DNA of 60,479 nucleotides, filler included, from Basidioascus undulatus (GCA_000826855.1; 7 parts of 7 records of this genome joined end to end with filler, not necessarily neighbours in it), one strand, 5' to 3'; positions 12,608-26,699 are shown, numbered from the whole stretch's first letter. Made by a program: numbers and translations. Notes: generated by a model not told the origin, from the letters alone.

Positions 12608-13531
12608 GGTGGCGTTGGGTCTCTCTCGAAACCAAGGTGAAGGGGTGGCTTTTATCCTTTTTTTTTCCCACAGAAACGCGGGCCCCGCGGTCATGGGCGA
12701 GCGGGACGGAAGTCAACAGCGGATGCGGATCACGAGGCCCTTTCTGCAACCTGCTGCCTCGCGTAGACGCGTGCTCATCTCCGTTTGTTTCCTGCTCGCT
12801 ATTAATGTAACAATGCGAGGTATTTTGAAACCACTTTGATACTGACCTTGTACTCACCTTGCGCAGAGCATCTACCCACCGTGCTGTGTAGCCTGCAAAT
12901 GTTCACTTCTGGGGTCACTGTGCATCATCGATAGTTCTCTCCCGATTGACATTACTCACGAAATCATAGCTTAGCAAAATAATTGACTGGCCTTTTCGGA
13001 TCCTGATACTGATCATTGGCCATCGACAAGTCAACGAAGATATCAGAGGCATCATAGGCAACCCGGCAATCCACCTTCCCAGCGAAAACAAGCAAGCTGT
13101 CACATTTTGAAGGTGCGTAACACTCTCCGTCCGCCCAAACCTCACGGCAGGCAAATTTATCTCCATTAGTGGACTTTGGACAGGGACTGGGGTTGGGAAC
13201 GGGAATGTGAAAATTTGAAGAACCCTGCACGTTCGATTCAGAGCGCGGAAAGCGGGATAACATTTTTGCAGAAGTTTGAGGTTGTCTTTTTCATGTTTTT
13301 CTCATTATATTGAACCCAACGTACATTTGAGGCATTATTTTGGTGGCAGTGGTGCACACGCTGTGGAGGAGAGGGGTGGGCAAATGACGTTTGCCAGGCT
13401 GCGCGGCGGCATCGTTTCCGCTCTCCTCTCTTTCCTTGCTCTCTCTTTCTTTGCTCTCTCTTTCCTTGCTCCGTTACCCGCTCTCCCCGTAGACGCGCAT
13501 TCGCCTATCCCCAACATTTCCACTATTTAAA

Positions 13532-14702
13532 ATGCCCACACTCACGCTCCCCGGCGTTCTTTCCACCTATCCCGCACCGACGAACCCAGCGCTGCCGATC
13601 TTCCTCTCAGGCGCGCTCACCGCCCCACGCGCAGTGCTCTTCATCGCAGGACTCGGCAACACGCTCCTCTCCGTGCCGTACCTGCCTGCTCTCTCCGCAG
13701 CGTTCGAGCGCGCTGGGTGGACGCTCGCACAGGCCATGACCAGCTCGAGCGCGGGCGGGTTCGCGAGCGGGAGCTTGGACAGGGACGTCAGGGAGATTGA
13801 GGGCGCTGTGAAGTGGTTGAGGGAGGAACAGGGGTGAGTGGGTGCAGTTTGACTGGAATTATATGGTTGGGAGGCAGAAGCGCTGAGCTTGAAGTGGGCG
13901 CTGGGCGGCTAGGAAGGAAAAGGTCGTACTGATGGGGCACAGCACCGGGTGTCAGGTGCGCTTGATCTCTCTCTTCTCGTAGACCTGAATCTGCTAACAA
14001 GGAGCTGTGTTTGTAGGACCTAATCCACTACCTCCTGCATACCCCATCCCTCGCACTCGTAGACGGCGCGATCTTCCAAGCTCCAGGTCCGTCTCCCCTC
14101 CCCCCCTTACCAGTCCTCCCAATCACTTCCGAACCTCTCCCGCACTGCCCAGTCTCCGACCGCGAGTTCTTCAACTCCCTACCATCCTACGACCCCTCCT
14201 ACCTCGAGCTCGCCCAGCGCTTCGTCTCCGAGGGGAAGGGCGAGGAGGCCCTCCCTCGCGCGGCGTTTGACGAGTTCGGCGGGGTGCCGATCACTGCGTC
14301 GCGCTACTTCTCACTTGTTGGCGAAGGTGCGCTTCATTCCCATCCTTACCTCTCTTTATGATTCCCTTTCGCTCATCCACTCGGATAAACTCCAAAGGCG
14401 GCGCCGACGACTACTTCTCGTCCACCTTGCCCCAATCCACGCTCTCCCAGACCTTCGGCCGCCTCCCCTCCCTCCACACGCCCATCGCGCTCATCTACTC
14501 CGGCGCAGACGAGTACGTGCCAGAGTACGTGGACAAGGCCGCGCTGGTGCGCCGCTGGGCGGACACCGCGGGGGAGGAGATCGTCAAGGCCGCCGTGGTT
14601 GTGCAGGGCGCGAAGCATGACTACAGCGGAGGTGGGGAGCCGGAGAAGGAGCTGGTGGGGGTCGTAGAGCGGTTCTTGAAGGGGGTTCATGGAGGACAGT
14701 GA
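13532..14702 (+). CDS. DUF1749 alpha/beta hydrolase (UPF0613/SidJ-like)
   Basis: VLFIAGLGNTLLSVPYL, SLDRDVREI, nucleophile VVLMGHSTGCQD, QAPVSDRE, DDYFSS, SGADEYVP, GAKH. Confidence 0.9.
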
Positions 14703-15129
14703 GGGACGATTAGGTTGAGGATGTCGAGGCGCTGGGAACGCTGCCCGCTCGTACACGTATATGGACGATGTGTAGAGCTTTAAAATCCGTGTGATTGAAG
14801 CCGCTGATTCACAGAATGTGAACTTTCGCTTGGGCTCACGAGAACAGATTCCTGGCTGCATAAAGGACGTGCGAGACCAATGATGCGGGACGGTAGTTGT
14901 GAGCCAAGCTCACTGATACAGATTACAGATTCTGTTGACCTACAAAGCTCGAATAAGGTCTTCACTGGCGTTGTCTGGAGTATCGATCAACCAAGTCGCG
15001 GGCTGTCAACTTACGCTGCAGTCACCCTTCGCAGTGCGGCAGCCAACAGTTTGTGACAAGACATTCATATCGTCACCCTAATCCCCACATAACGCCACGA
15101 ATTGGTCCGTGGAGCAAGACCGGGCACCA

Positions 15130-16708
15130 GCCTGCCATGCTGATCAGGCCTGCTTGGCGTCCTCCTTCTGGACGGCAGCGATCTCGTCTCCGAAGTGGGT
15201 GAGCAAGTACTCCCGGTCCCGATTTGGCGGGCGCGCTCGACAACAACGTGAACCCTGCATCTAGTGATATCGTAACGGTAAGCATTTCAAAGCGTTCATC
15301 AGGAAAGAGGCAAAAAAAAAACCCATGAGGACGCACGTCGAGCCCCAGGCGGTGCTGAGGAATTCCCGGCGGAAACCGAGGGCCTTCCTCGCCAGCTCGT
15401 CATCTGACCAGAGCTCGGTGGTAGGGCTCTGGACAAGGTTGCCCCCGTACAGCGCCTTGGCGATTCCGGACGTCGCCTCGCGCCACGTGAAGTCGCCTTT
15501 GACGGCGAAGTAGTATCCTGAGCCTTTGCCGGACGGCAGCGGTTCGCCCGAGACGAAAGCGGAGAGAAGCACGGCATAAAGATCGGCGCGGTCCTCGACT
15601 CGACGTGGACGAAAGGCCAGCCCTGAGAAACAACATGTGTCAATTAGCACAATGAAGCCAAAAGGAGAGCAAGACAGGGGGGCAAGGGTGGTGAGGATAT
15701 GGGTACCAACTGTTCATGCGGGAAAGGTGGACCTTGCCCAGAGAGATGCCGGCACGAATGATACCGGGAATCTGCATCGAGAGTCGTTCACCGAACCCCG
15801 TCACCTGGCCGTCTGTGGTGCAGCGTCAGCGGCTTTCGCAGCTAGTCGCGGCTGATCTCTGAGAACGAAGACGACTTGCAGATGGCCGGCGAATCGACAA
15901 TGTACGTCTGTACGTCTTTCACCTACCCAGTCTCATGACTAGAATGTCCGTCTGCATATCAAGAAAAAAGGCGTAGATGTCAGTTACGGCACAGGTCACA
16001 TTGTTGGGGTTGGAGTAACAAAACAACGGGAGGTTGAAGGATGCTACGTACGACACGGAGAGGGTACTGTGCCTCGTTCTTCTTCTCGAGCGCCTAAACC
16101 TCTTCTGTGTCTTTGACCGGCCCCTGCGTCCAGCTTGACGCATCCGGGAACGCGCTCGTGCCCGAGGTCTGAAGCATGTCATCGTCAGAAGGCGTCTAAA
16201 GCACGAGAAACAAGCAACAACAGTCTGGCCTCACATGAATAAATTGAACGGGCTTGCCCGTTTCCGCCTTGCTCTCCGACAAGCGATCCAGCAGAGGCCG
16301 GGCGGACTCTAAGTTGTTGGCATCGGCGGTGTGGACGACAATATCGACTGTGAACACCAATGCCTGCTGTGAAGTGCAAATAGCCCGCAAAACGGCTGCC
16401 TTCGCGTGCCCTTGTTGTCCAGCACTGCTTCCTTGACGTTGTCGGGAACGTCATTGCAAGGACCGGGTTCACCCCAAGGGCCTTGACTTGCTCCGCCTGC
16501 GACTGGTACGAACGAGGGCGTGGAGGTTGGTCTTGTTGATGATCGACCCGTAATCGTTGAGCAGGGCGTTCAGAAGAGTGCCGCCGCTGGATGTGTGTTA
16601 TATAAAGCCCGTTAGAAGAGAATACCGCAAAAAAAAAGCCCAGCGGACACGGCGCTTGTTTTAAAGGTGACTTAATGTAGCCGGATGCACCAGGACTTGC
16701 GTGGACAT
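15130..16708 (-). pseudogene. NAD(P)-binding epimerase/dehydratase-like pseudogene (3' end approximate)
   Basis: GASGYI/GGT Rossmann motif out of frame with the ATG; DIVVHTAD, FIH/TSGTS, SMQIPGIIR, GYYFA; FVHVE-D-ADLY broken by a 5-bp duplication at 15595-15604. Confidence 0.75.
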
Positions 16709-17035
16709 TCGTGAAAGCAAGGAGTAAGGTTGATTTAGCTTGCCGTCCAGGGTGTACTTGGGGGCTGTACGGTCAGAAGTCCTATTTATGTTGGATTGAG
16801 CAGGTGGAGGTAGGACGAGGGATGTACATCTGCGGTGGGCTGACCAATTGTGCTCGGTTAGTCATGACAGACAGAGCGGGACCGCCGACCTGCACACGAG
16901 TGCGTTTCGCATGACTTTGCATCGCTTAACGAGCAGCTGGCATCATGAGCTTTTGCCCAGAGGAAGCCAGGCGACGCTGACACATTCACTCTTCCCTTTT
17001 TAGGTGGGTACCTTGGGTGAGATGGGGGCGGGACG

Positions 17036-17135
17036 NNNNNNNNNNNNNNNNNNNNNNNNNNNNNNNNNNNNNNNNNNNNTTAATTAATTAANNNNNNNNN
17101 NNNNNNNNNNNNNNNNNNNNNNNNNNNNNNNNNNN
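17036..17135. other. Artificial contig spacer
   Basis: N-run with TTAATTAATTAA. Confidence 0.97.
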
Positions 17136-18046
17136 GGGGGTGGGTAATGAGCGTAGAGAGTGGGGATTTGATTGATTGACCGGTATATCAGCTAGCGGGA
17201 TAGAGCGGGGAGAAAATACAGCGCCGGGCCGAGCAGGAGGAGGAAGCGGGCAAACGAAGCGGGCAAGGTGGCGGGTCTTCGAGGCGGGGCCGGACACACG
17301 CGATAATAATTGCTAGATACTCGACGTCAACTCCTTTCAAGTTGTTTGAATTTTCATTTGCAGTTAACTTTAAAAACTATTTCGCGAAATGCACGGATTG
17401 GGACCAGACACACGAACCCACGAATATTGATCGGGGTACCAACATACACTTGCATCAATTCGAAATAGCATTAGCGGACAGCGTGGTAGAGAAACGGCGG
17501 ACGACGGCGGACGAGATCGCGAGTGTGATGCTCTTGACATGCCCAGGCCATGGACGACGCCATCTGATGAAACAGCGATGAAAGCAAATATATAGTCAGA
17601 AAGAAAGTATTAATAGTAGGTACCTGATCCAGGACTTGTTCGATCCGTCTTGCGAACACGCAGTTGCAGCTCGGCAAGCTCGAACCGCACTAGCAAAGCG
17701 ATCCCAAGACCCGTGTGTGTTCATCAGAGCCAGAAATGATACGACACCCGAACCCAATAAAAGCGAACGAAACGAAACCCGATACAAAACGAAAGCTGGC
17801 ATAGAAAGGAACGAAGCCGAAGTCGCGAAAGAAGTATCCAAGGGCTGCGCATGAGGGCGAGCCACCAAGAGACGGACGAACGACACAGGGGGATAACATG
17901 CGGTGGAATGACAGTGCGCGGAAGGAGTGAAAGCGATGGGATGACGATGTGTTGCTGTGCCTGAAGCGTCCATGCAGATGCGAGCGAGGAGAGGACGTAG
18001 AGAGAGAGACGAAGGAGAAAAGGGAAGAAGGGAGGGGATGAAGGGT

Positions 18047-21000
18047 TCAGTTCTTGCGGCAGCACTTGAACGCGTAGGTCGTGAACTACAAGAGAGTGGA
18101 ATAGCCGCGGTGTGAGCGTGCATGTTGAAGGAGAGGAGACACCGGCTGAGCTTACCCAGAAGTACAGTGCACCGATGAAGCGGAACGCAGACAGGCCGAA
18201 GCTGCGCGAAAGAAAAAGTATCGGCACGCGAGTCCCACTTGAGTAAATCGACAAACCGCGGATACGTTGACCAAAGGATCACGTTGAAGTACCTGCATCG
18301 AAAAGGAGGACAGGGAAGAAAGAGTCGATTCAGTCAGCTTACATCCCACATGCCGTTGAGCGACAAAGAGACAACGCGTACGTGGACTGCTTCTTACGCA
18401 TCGCCTCCTTCTGGTTCAGGTACGCGTCGTTCGTGTCGGTGTTGATGTAGCTGCTGGACGCCTGGATGGCGACGACGAGGACGCCCTGTCGCGAGGAGCG
18501 CAAGTTGAGTGTCAGTTTCATGCTTGTCCACCTTTGCGGGCTTTCCCGCGAGCGAATGGACTATTGAAACCCACGTTGCAAAGAACTGTCAAGAGAACGA
18601 ACATAAAATGTTGAGCAGGCGTTCTGGAATCGCACCACGACGCTGTTGGGAACTCACGCCATGCACAGACCAGCCGCGTGCGGAAGGTCTTGTTCTCGTC
18701 GTCCTGGCTCGGCTTTTCAGGCGGGCTGTTGTCCTTGACCTTCTTGGCGACCGTCTATTCCATCCCACAGCCCGGTGCGCAACGGCATCAGCGTCAGCGT
18801 CGCCACTCGCTCCGCCTTCTCACTCCGCCGACCGGAACGCACCCGCTTGACGGTCTCCTCAAACGCCGTGTCGATATCCTTCTGCTTGAGCTGGTTCGTC
18901 TCGACCGTCGCCTCCTCGCCTGCCTTCTCCTTCTTGGACTTGACCGATGGGATGTGGTCGTCTTTGTCGGAGCCCTTGGTACCCCATGACACGTCGTGCA
19001 GGTTGCAGAACGCGTAGACGTTGAGGACGTTGATGAAAGACGGGGCCATGAGGAGGTATTGAGGAAAGGACGAGAACATGTGCCACGGGTCAGCTGTGGA
19101 GAGAGCGGTACACGTCAGCTGCATGCATCGGGCAATGTGATGTACAAAGCGCATACCGTAGAGGAACGAGGTCACGAAGTAGATGCCGAACGTCGCCGAA
19201 AGCGCGGCGAGGATGACACCATTCGGACCGCTGAGAAGTGTCTTCAGCTTTTCCATCGTGGTGTGGGCGTTCTGGAAGTCGAGGTTCTGTGCTTCGGCGC
19301 ATGGCGCTGCGTCAGTTGCAAGTTATTTAAATGGGGCAAAAGCGGGCTGAACTCACGGCAAAAGCCTTGACTGTCAGGTAAATCGAGCAGTAGATAAGGT
19401 AGAGCGAGCAGATCGCGAAGACACTGATCGCGAGCATCCACCATGGCAGATTTTTAGCACATCGGTCACCGTTCGATAAACAGAGGGTACGCACACAAAA
19501 GAGATGGTATACGTCAGGCGCTCTCCCTTTGGTCGATTACCGAGTGCGAGGACAAATTGGAGAATTACGCAGGCGACGTAGATCCACTGGAACGCGAGGC
19601 TGACGCCAGTCAACGAGTGTCAGCATTCCCTCTGCCTCGGCTTGTAGCCGTATAATGTTCACTTGAACCAATGCGTGACCGCCGCCGTGCCAAACGTGTA
19701 CTGTAAAGCTGTGTAAGCACACAGGTAGCAGTCAAAAGATAGCATACGCACGACAGGGTTCTCTCCCTCCGCCAGCAGGCCGATGACGATCGAGAACGTG
19801 AGCCAAAGATTGGCAAGATTGAACCACGTGAATAATAAGTTCACGCAGTTGTACAGTCCTTGGATGTGCTGTGACCGTCCGTCGACCCACAGAGCTGCGT
19901 CAGCTTCCGCGCCCTTTCACCTTCTTCCCAGGTGAAAGAAAGAGCGGACGCACGAAGAAGAACATCCGGATAATTCCGTGGCCGGACTTGTAGAGACGGA
20001 AGAAGTGGACGAGCGAGTAGATGGAGGCCGCGAAGGAGCCGTTCAGCCAGCGACGACGCTGGGAGATGAGCTCCGCGCCCTCTTCGGGAACGTCCGTCTC
20101 GGCCTTGCTTGCCTCTGAATCGACATACTTATCTGTAAGTAAACTGCATACCACGCTAGGCGATTGGAATGAAAACCACTTACTAACGTAGCTCAGCGTC
20201 CACCTGGCGTTCGCCTTTGCGACGAGCTCGAAGCAGAGGATACTGTCAGACCGCCGCCCGCTCCGCACTCATCAGCCGTCGCTCTCTCCCTTCTCAACCA
20301 TCCTGCATTCGACGGTAGACGTACCGGTCCTCGGCCAAGAACATGTTTTTGGTCTGCGCCGGCGGCCTCTCGTCAGTCTTCTCTTTTCGCGTGTTTCACC
20401 CGCAGCCCCGGCAAGGCGACGTACGAATATGTCCATTCCGTGAATACCCTTGGGCCCCAGACGGTCCGCCATCGAGTGGTCGCCGTGGAAGTACTGCTCG
20501 AGCGGCCGGTCCTGGATCGCGCGGTACCGGTACGCCGAGAAAGCGCCGGGCAAGACCGAGACGTAGCCGAATGCCGACTCGGTCGGCTTGTCGAGGATGT
20601 TGGACATCTTGTACTCGAAGCTGGAAGATGAAGGTATCGTTCTCGAATCAGCTACGAAAGCGGGGGTTGGGTGCAAAGGGAGCAGGGACGCACTTTTGCG
20701 CGGCGACAAGCGGGTTGACGAGCTTCTTCCCGCTCTTGAGCTGGGCGTAGATCTCCCCACAGCATCCGCCGAGGTGGGGGTCGTTCTGTGAGGCCACTAC
20801 CCGGTTCAGTCCCTGCCTCAGTTCGGACGGCACCAGCAGAACACGCACGTAGAACGCCTCCCAAAGGTAGTAGATCGACTTCTTGTACGGCTTCGTGCCG
20901 GCATCGAGCAGGACGCAGATCTCCGGCTGAAGCATACGGCCGATGGCGTTGAACAGCCAGCGGTGGGAGTTAATCTGCACGCACAGCCTGGAGTGTTAGC

Positions 21001-22659
21001 AGGCGACAGGCAAATCATAAATGCTTGAAGGACGAGCCTTCTTTTGGTTCTTCGCCTTGAGTATGAAGATGATCTGCACGGGAACTAGGTTGTTCGGGCT
21101 GTCGGCAGAAGCAGTGATTCAGCCACGGGCGCGACGATCGGATGGACGCGCGCTTGAGACCTACTCATCGCCATGCGGAGCCACGAGCTGCGGGGTCGTG
21201 TCGACCGAGAGCTGCGTGGTATACTGTTGATGGATTGAGGGTCACCGCTAAGTCAGCTGTTGCGCGAGCCACGCTCTGCAAGCCTCGACGACGCACCTCG
21301 AAGATGTGCGCTTCGGTAATCTTGTCGTCGACCTTCTTCTTCATCACGCCGTCCTGGTAGACGCCGACAGTCGCGAGGAGGTCGAGGACAGACTTGTCCA
21401 TCGGCTCGAGCCCGTCGACGATGAGCGCGACCGTGATGCGCTGCCAACCCGGGTTGCCGCCCTCGACGCCCGCAGAGCGCCAGTACTTGCTTTGCTGTTG
21501 GTGTGGACCATTCAAATCGCGTCAGCCGTCAGTCGTGCTTCATTCCCTGAGAGAGCGGGGTGGGCTCGCTCGCGCACCTTGGTCTTGCAGATGTCACGAA
21601 TGTTGAGCATGACGTTGTGAAGCGTCCGCGCGTAAAGGAACTTGTCCTCATTGTAGGACGTAACAGCGATGAGGAGCTCCGTCTCGCGCCCATAGTTGGA
21701 CGTGCGCAGAGACCAGCCGTTCTCGGTCGTGAAGTCGTCCGGGTCGCACGTCGCAGCCGTGTACCGCATGTGCGCTGTATCCCGAGATCAGACTGTCAGT
21801 GATGATAGACTTATGAGTCGGAGAGGCTTTTCTAGACTTACTGAACTCGGTGGTGTTCGTCTGCTGGTAACGAGGCTCGACGGCGTTCCGGATAGCAGTC
21901 GGAACTGGATATCTGTTCCGTTTCCGTGGCGCGTTAGCCCCCTGACATGTCTCCTGCCTTTCAGTCAGACGCACTCGTGAATAAAATTACCTGCACATCA
22001 AAAAATTCTTAAGTCAGCTACAGCAATTCAGCATGAACGGCGGGAACCGAGCACGCACCCTTGGTAAGCTTGACCTTGACCGTCTTGGCGCGGTCGCGCT
22101 TGACCGTCTGGCGGCGGCGCCAGTCCGCCTCAGTAGAGGATATGGATGCTCCGGAGTTCATGAAGGGCGAGCGGGCACCGTGTGGGTCGGCGTACTGCCG
22201 CGCGTCGAACCTGGCTCGTACGGCAACCCTGAGTCATTGCCCGCCTCTCCTCCAGCTCCCGCCTCCCACAAAGTAACGCGTACACCCAACTCACCCGCCT
22301 GGGTTATAGCCCTGCGCCATCGGGCTTCCCGTCAGGGGGACCTTGGCGTCCGCCTCCTCGTCCGAATGGTCGAACGTGCTGGCAGGGGCGTACGCGCCGT
22401 GGCTCTGCCCAAGATCGCCCGACTGGTATCCCGCGCCGCCATAGTCATACCCGCCCGGAGCGCCGCCTCCGACGAGATTGACGGAGGACGAAGACGGGTG
22501 CGAGAACTGGTCGTCGGAGAGAGAGACGCCCGTGCTCTGGGGGCGCACCGGGTCGAACGCGTACGCCGAGGACGGGTGAAGCCCGGCTCCGCTGGGCGAT
22601 GTCGGGCGCGAGGAAGCGGCGAAGTCGGTGAAGGGGTTGTTGGGGTCGCGGTGCGCCAT
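18047..22659 (-). CDS. Chitin synthase, GT2, class III-like (many introns)
   Basis: [92 protein letters not shown]; ends FKCCRKN*. Confidence 0.96.
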
Positions 22660-22727
22660 GATGTTCGGTTCGCTGATTGCGCACGGGGCCGGGGGTATGG
22701 AATCGAGAGCCTGGGATACCTGGAGCG

Positions 22728-22827
22728 NNNNNNNNNNNNNNNNNNNNNNNNNNNNNNNNNNNNNNNNNNNNTTAATTAATTAANNNNNNNNNNNNNNNNN
22801 NNNNNNNNNNNNNNNNNNNNNNNNNNN
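22728..22827. other. Artificial contig spacer
   Basis: N-run with TTAATTAATTAA. Confidence 0.97.
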
Positions 22828-23599
22828 GCTAGCGTGGATGCGGGCGCCCTCCTCTTCGTGCAGCTGCGCGAGCAGCCCGCCGAGCGCGAAGATGAAGGGG
22901 AAGGGCTGCGGGAGGGCGGGGATAGGGGAAGGGTAACCGTGCGCACTGCGTGAAAGCGACGGCGGTACCAGGGAACCACCCGTAAACGGGCTGATCCGGC
23001 CCCACAATTGAGCGAGTAGCGTCGTACGCGAAACCGCCGGCGAACATCTCGATCTGCACGGAATACCCACAAATCATCAGCCCTGTTCTTTGAGTCTAGA
23101 GAATTTTCCAAAGACTTACGATGCTGACACAAGGCCTCACCCAAGCGCCATCGCCGCCCGTCTCCCCACCGAAAAGTTCCTGGAGAACCTTGGGCACGCC
23201 CGTGCGAGCTGCGCGGGGGCGTCACCTATTATGGAACCGAGATCAGGGGCAGGCCTTCCTCGCCGACGCTAACGAGGCGGACGCGGGCGGATGTGGACGG
23301 CGTGCGGATGCGTTCGAACTCTGAGATTAACTTCGAGTCTGTCGCAAACGGAAGGATTGTCAATGGTTTTAGATTAAATTTTGCAGTTGGTAAACCTACA
23401 GATGATCGCGTGCGCCACGATGGTGATCCCGAGCTCGGCATGTTCCGACGCAAGCGTGTTTGCGAGCGTCAACAGCGGGCGCCTATGGAGGGAAACGCCG
23501 TTCAGCGATTGAAAATAGTGCTCATCGTGAAGAAAGTGCCTACAGATGTCCCCAGGCCGGGAAGGAGAGCACGAGGAGATGCTGCGAAGACGTGGACAT
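22828..23599 (-). CDS. UDP-glycosyltransferase (GT1), N-terminal part, truncated at contig end
   Basis: Spliced start MSTSSQHLLVLSFPAWGHL|RPLLTLANTLASEHAELGITIV (catalytic His motif), later IEMFAGGFAYDATRSIVGPDQPVYGWFPG. Confidence 0.8.
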
Positions 23600-24846
23600 C
23601 GTTCTGAAGAGCGGGAGCTTTGGGTTAGAGACAGCAATTGAACAGCAGTCCATGTAATCTATTTAAACTGTCGCGCCCCCAAAGGGGCAGGGTGATGCTC
23701 TCGAGCCTCAGCAGCCATTTAGCCCGAGTTCCTTCACACGGGCCTCCTCCCCGTTGTCCAGCTCCTTCGCGATACCTCCCAGCGCTTCGTCTACTGCTTC
23801 CAGTGCATGTTGCCCTATGTCGAGTTGACGACGCGCCTCGACGTATCCCGCGCGCCGGCATATTTCACCTCCAAGAGGTCCATCTGTTGGCGAATTTCCT
23901 CAAACGACTCGGGAATCCACGACAAGGCGGGCCCCTAAGCTGAGGCCGGCGGTGGACTAATGGTTGTCAGAGGACGCTGCCAGTCTTATCTTAATTCTTT
24001 CAATCAGGGTGTCGACTGTCGCTGATGTCCACATCTTTGAGCGTGGACACCAACCTGCATCGCCAGGCACACAGCCTGCCCCGTGCCCGGCGCAGGTCTT
24101 CACTGAGAAACGTGGCAGTTGTCATCGCAGGCAATTTTTGACTGTGTACACTTTATATTCTCAGGAAGTACGGAATAACTGGAGCAACAATCCGTTGCGT
24201 ATGAGCACTGCACGCCGCTGCGATCTCGTGCAGCCGTGCGGCCATTCGTGTTCTTCCATTCCATTCTTGTTCTGTACGCATAGTGACACTTACCCCATTA
24301 CTCGGGCTCTACGACATTTGCAGAGCATTCGTTTCTGGGCAGACATCTTGGGCACTTTGGCGCCCGGCTTTCGTTCAGCGGACGGCGCCTTACATGGTGA
24401 AACTCTACATTCCTAGCGAACGATTGCAACGCCTTTGACTGAGCGGCGGCGCCGGCCCCGTGCTCGGCCCTGCCGTGTCCACTAGGCACTGCACACTTCG
24501 TATGACGCCCCGTGCTGCGCCGCCCCCGCAGCACCCCGTGTGCCAGTGCCGTCTTCAAAACCCGTAGGCCACAGGTACCGGCACTAGGGTATGTAGCGCC
24601 CGTGGCAGGTACAGCCCGAACTGCAGCGGCCCGCCTGGGGCCCTTGCGCTGGCGTGCTACCAAACAGCCCCTGCCATAGCTGCATGGGGGAAACAGCAAG
24701 GCTGACCCAACACTAACGCACGGCGACTGCCCCTGCCCTGGCCGTTGCCTGAATGCGGAGCATTGCCCGGTATCTGCTCTTTGACTCTCCCCTCACCACA
24801 TCGCGCCCAACGACCCTTCATCGGGGCGCCAACTGGTACTTTCAGC

Positions 24847-26447
24847 ATGCACAGTCTGGCGCTGCTGCTCTTCTTGCCTCTGCTCCTCCTTCTGCCCACC
24901 GCGCGGGCGAAGCCGTACGACCCGATATCGTGCAACGCCGACCAGAACTACAGGTGGATGTTTAGCTCTGAAGGGGACAGTCCGTGCGTCTTCCCTTTCA
25001 GGACATGCGTGAGACGGTGAACGGTGTCTGAGCAGGGAGAGGTCTGTAGCTGTCGGATAGCGACCAACGTGATCAACGTTTGCCAGCCGGGCGTCAACAT
25101 TTGGAGGGACAAGAACGGGACTGGAGCGTACGCTCTGGCCATCGACAACGAGTGCCAGTGTATTTCTCCCGTGTGCATGCGGTTTTTGATGTTTGTTTCT
25201 GACGCGCGGGGATGGGGGGGGGGCCAGGCAGTAATGTTTACTACAACCTGTGGGCGTATGTTTTCGACTACTTCAGCTTCTGACCCCTGTGTCCCATGAG
25301 CCTGAATCCTTTCGCTCATATCTCAGGGGGTGCATGGCCTGTCATGAAGAGCGCACCAACGCGATTTTCGCTTGGGCGCAGTTCACCCAGCGGTGCACAT
25401 CGGGAAGTTTCCGTAACCGAACGTGCGTGATTGTTCCCTTTCAACACCCTCCGGTTAGCGCAACTCATCTGGCGTCCCCCAGTGCGGATATCCGCAACCT
25501 CAACAATACGCTGTGGACGAGTATTCCGATGTGGGCTCGAATGGACGTGATGAGCGACAGCTACACGTGGTCGTATAGTGCGTTGACTGCTGCGCTAGAC
25601 GACTACACTGAGCGCCCTCTGACTTCGATATCTGGTGCAGCCGACTCGCACGAAAACTACACGCAGGAAATAGCTTCTCTGTCGAGTTTGTCGCTCTGTA
25701 CGTCCGGGAGCTGCCGTTCAGGGGGTTTCGCCGCGGTTGTCTGAGGACTTTCTCGCCGCACCTCTCACCAGATTCTACCTATTCCACCGCCCTTGGCCCC
25801 AAGTCAACTGGGGGCGCTGCTCCATCCCGAGGCGAGAGTAGCAGCAGCAGCAGCACAACCAACGCCGGCGCCATCGCGGGCGGCGTCATAGGCGGCGTTA
25901 GCGGACTCGCGCTCATCGCTGCACTCGTCTGGTTCTTCCGCCGCCGCTCGCGTCGAGGCTCTACGAGCTCCGAGGAGGGTGAGATGGTCACTCGGGGAGG
26001 TGGGAGGGGTAATTCGCGCGACATGGTGCTGGAGCCGTACGAGGATGTGTCGCCGTACCGCGACGTTCCGCCGATGACAGAGACGGGCACTGCACCGCCC
26101 GGCACTCCATCGCAGCATCTCGTCCTCCCGGCTAGGGCCTACGCTGGGGACGGCACCGGGAATGAAGGAGGGAGGGAATCCTACGGTGAGTTTCCCCTTG
26201 TCTTTCATCCATTCTTGCGGCGTCCCCCCAGCCCTGCAATGCTCATCGCACGCCTCTTCTCACAGCGGCAGAATACTTCCAGACTTTCCCCGCTTCGCCT
26301 CAACCCACCCCCACCGCAACTCCCTCGACGTCTTCAGCTTCGAACGCTGGTGGACGACCGGCCATAGGCGACAAGGCAGCTTACGCTGCGACGATGTCAG
26401 CGTCAGACGAGGACTCGCAGCCTGCCCCACCGCCTTACCGGTCCTAG
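24847..26447 (+). CDS. Type I membrane protein with Cys-rich ectodomain, Ser/Thr stalk, Mid2-like TM and PPPY tail
   Basis: Signal peptide MHSLALLLFLPLLLLLPTARA; WMFSSEGDSPC, ECQC; TM AGAIAGGVIGGVSGLALIAALVWFF-RRR; ends QPAPPPYRS*. Confidence 0.75.
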
Positions 26448-26699
26448 TTGCAGATGCGGTTCCTGTTTTTGATTTGGGACTGTCAGGCTCTGAATGCATG
26501 TATGATACATTTGATGAAGCTTCGTGATTTCGGACTGCCCCAGCGATAATAATATGACCGTGCTCGCGGGGTGTGCGCTTGGAAGGCTGCAGACGTACCC
26601 AGCCGTGCCAATTGTCGACACGCTGTTCCTCGCGTGACCGGTCAAGGAGCTCAACAGGCGTACTTTCGGGGAGCTCGAAATAAGGCTGTGTGGGCAAAT

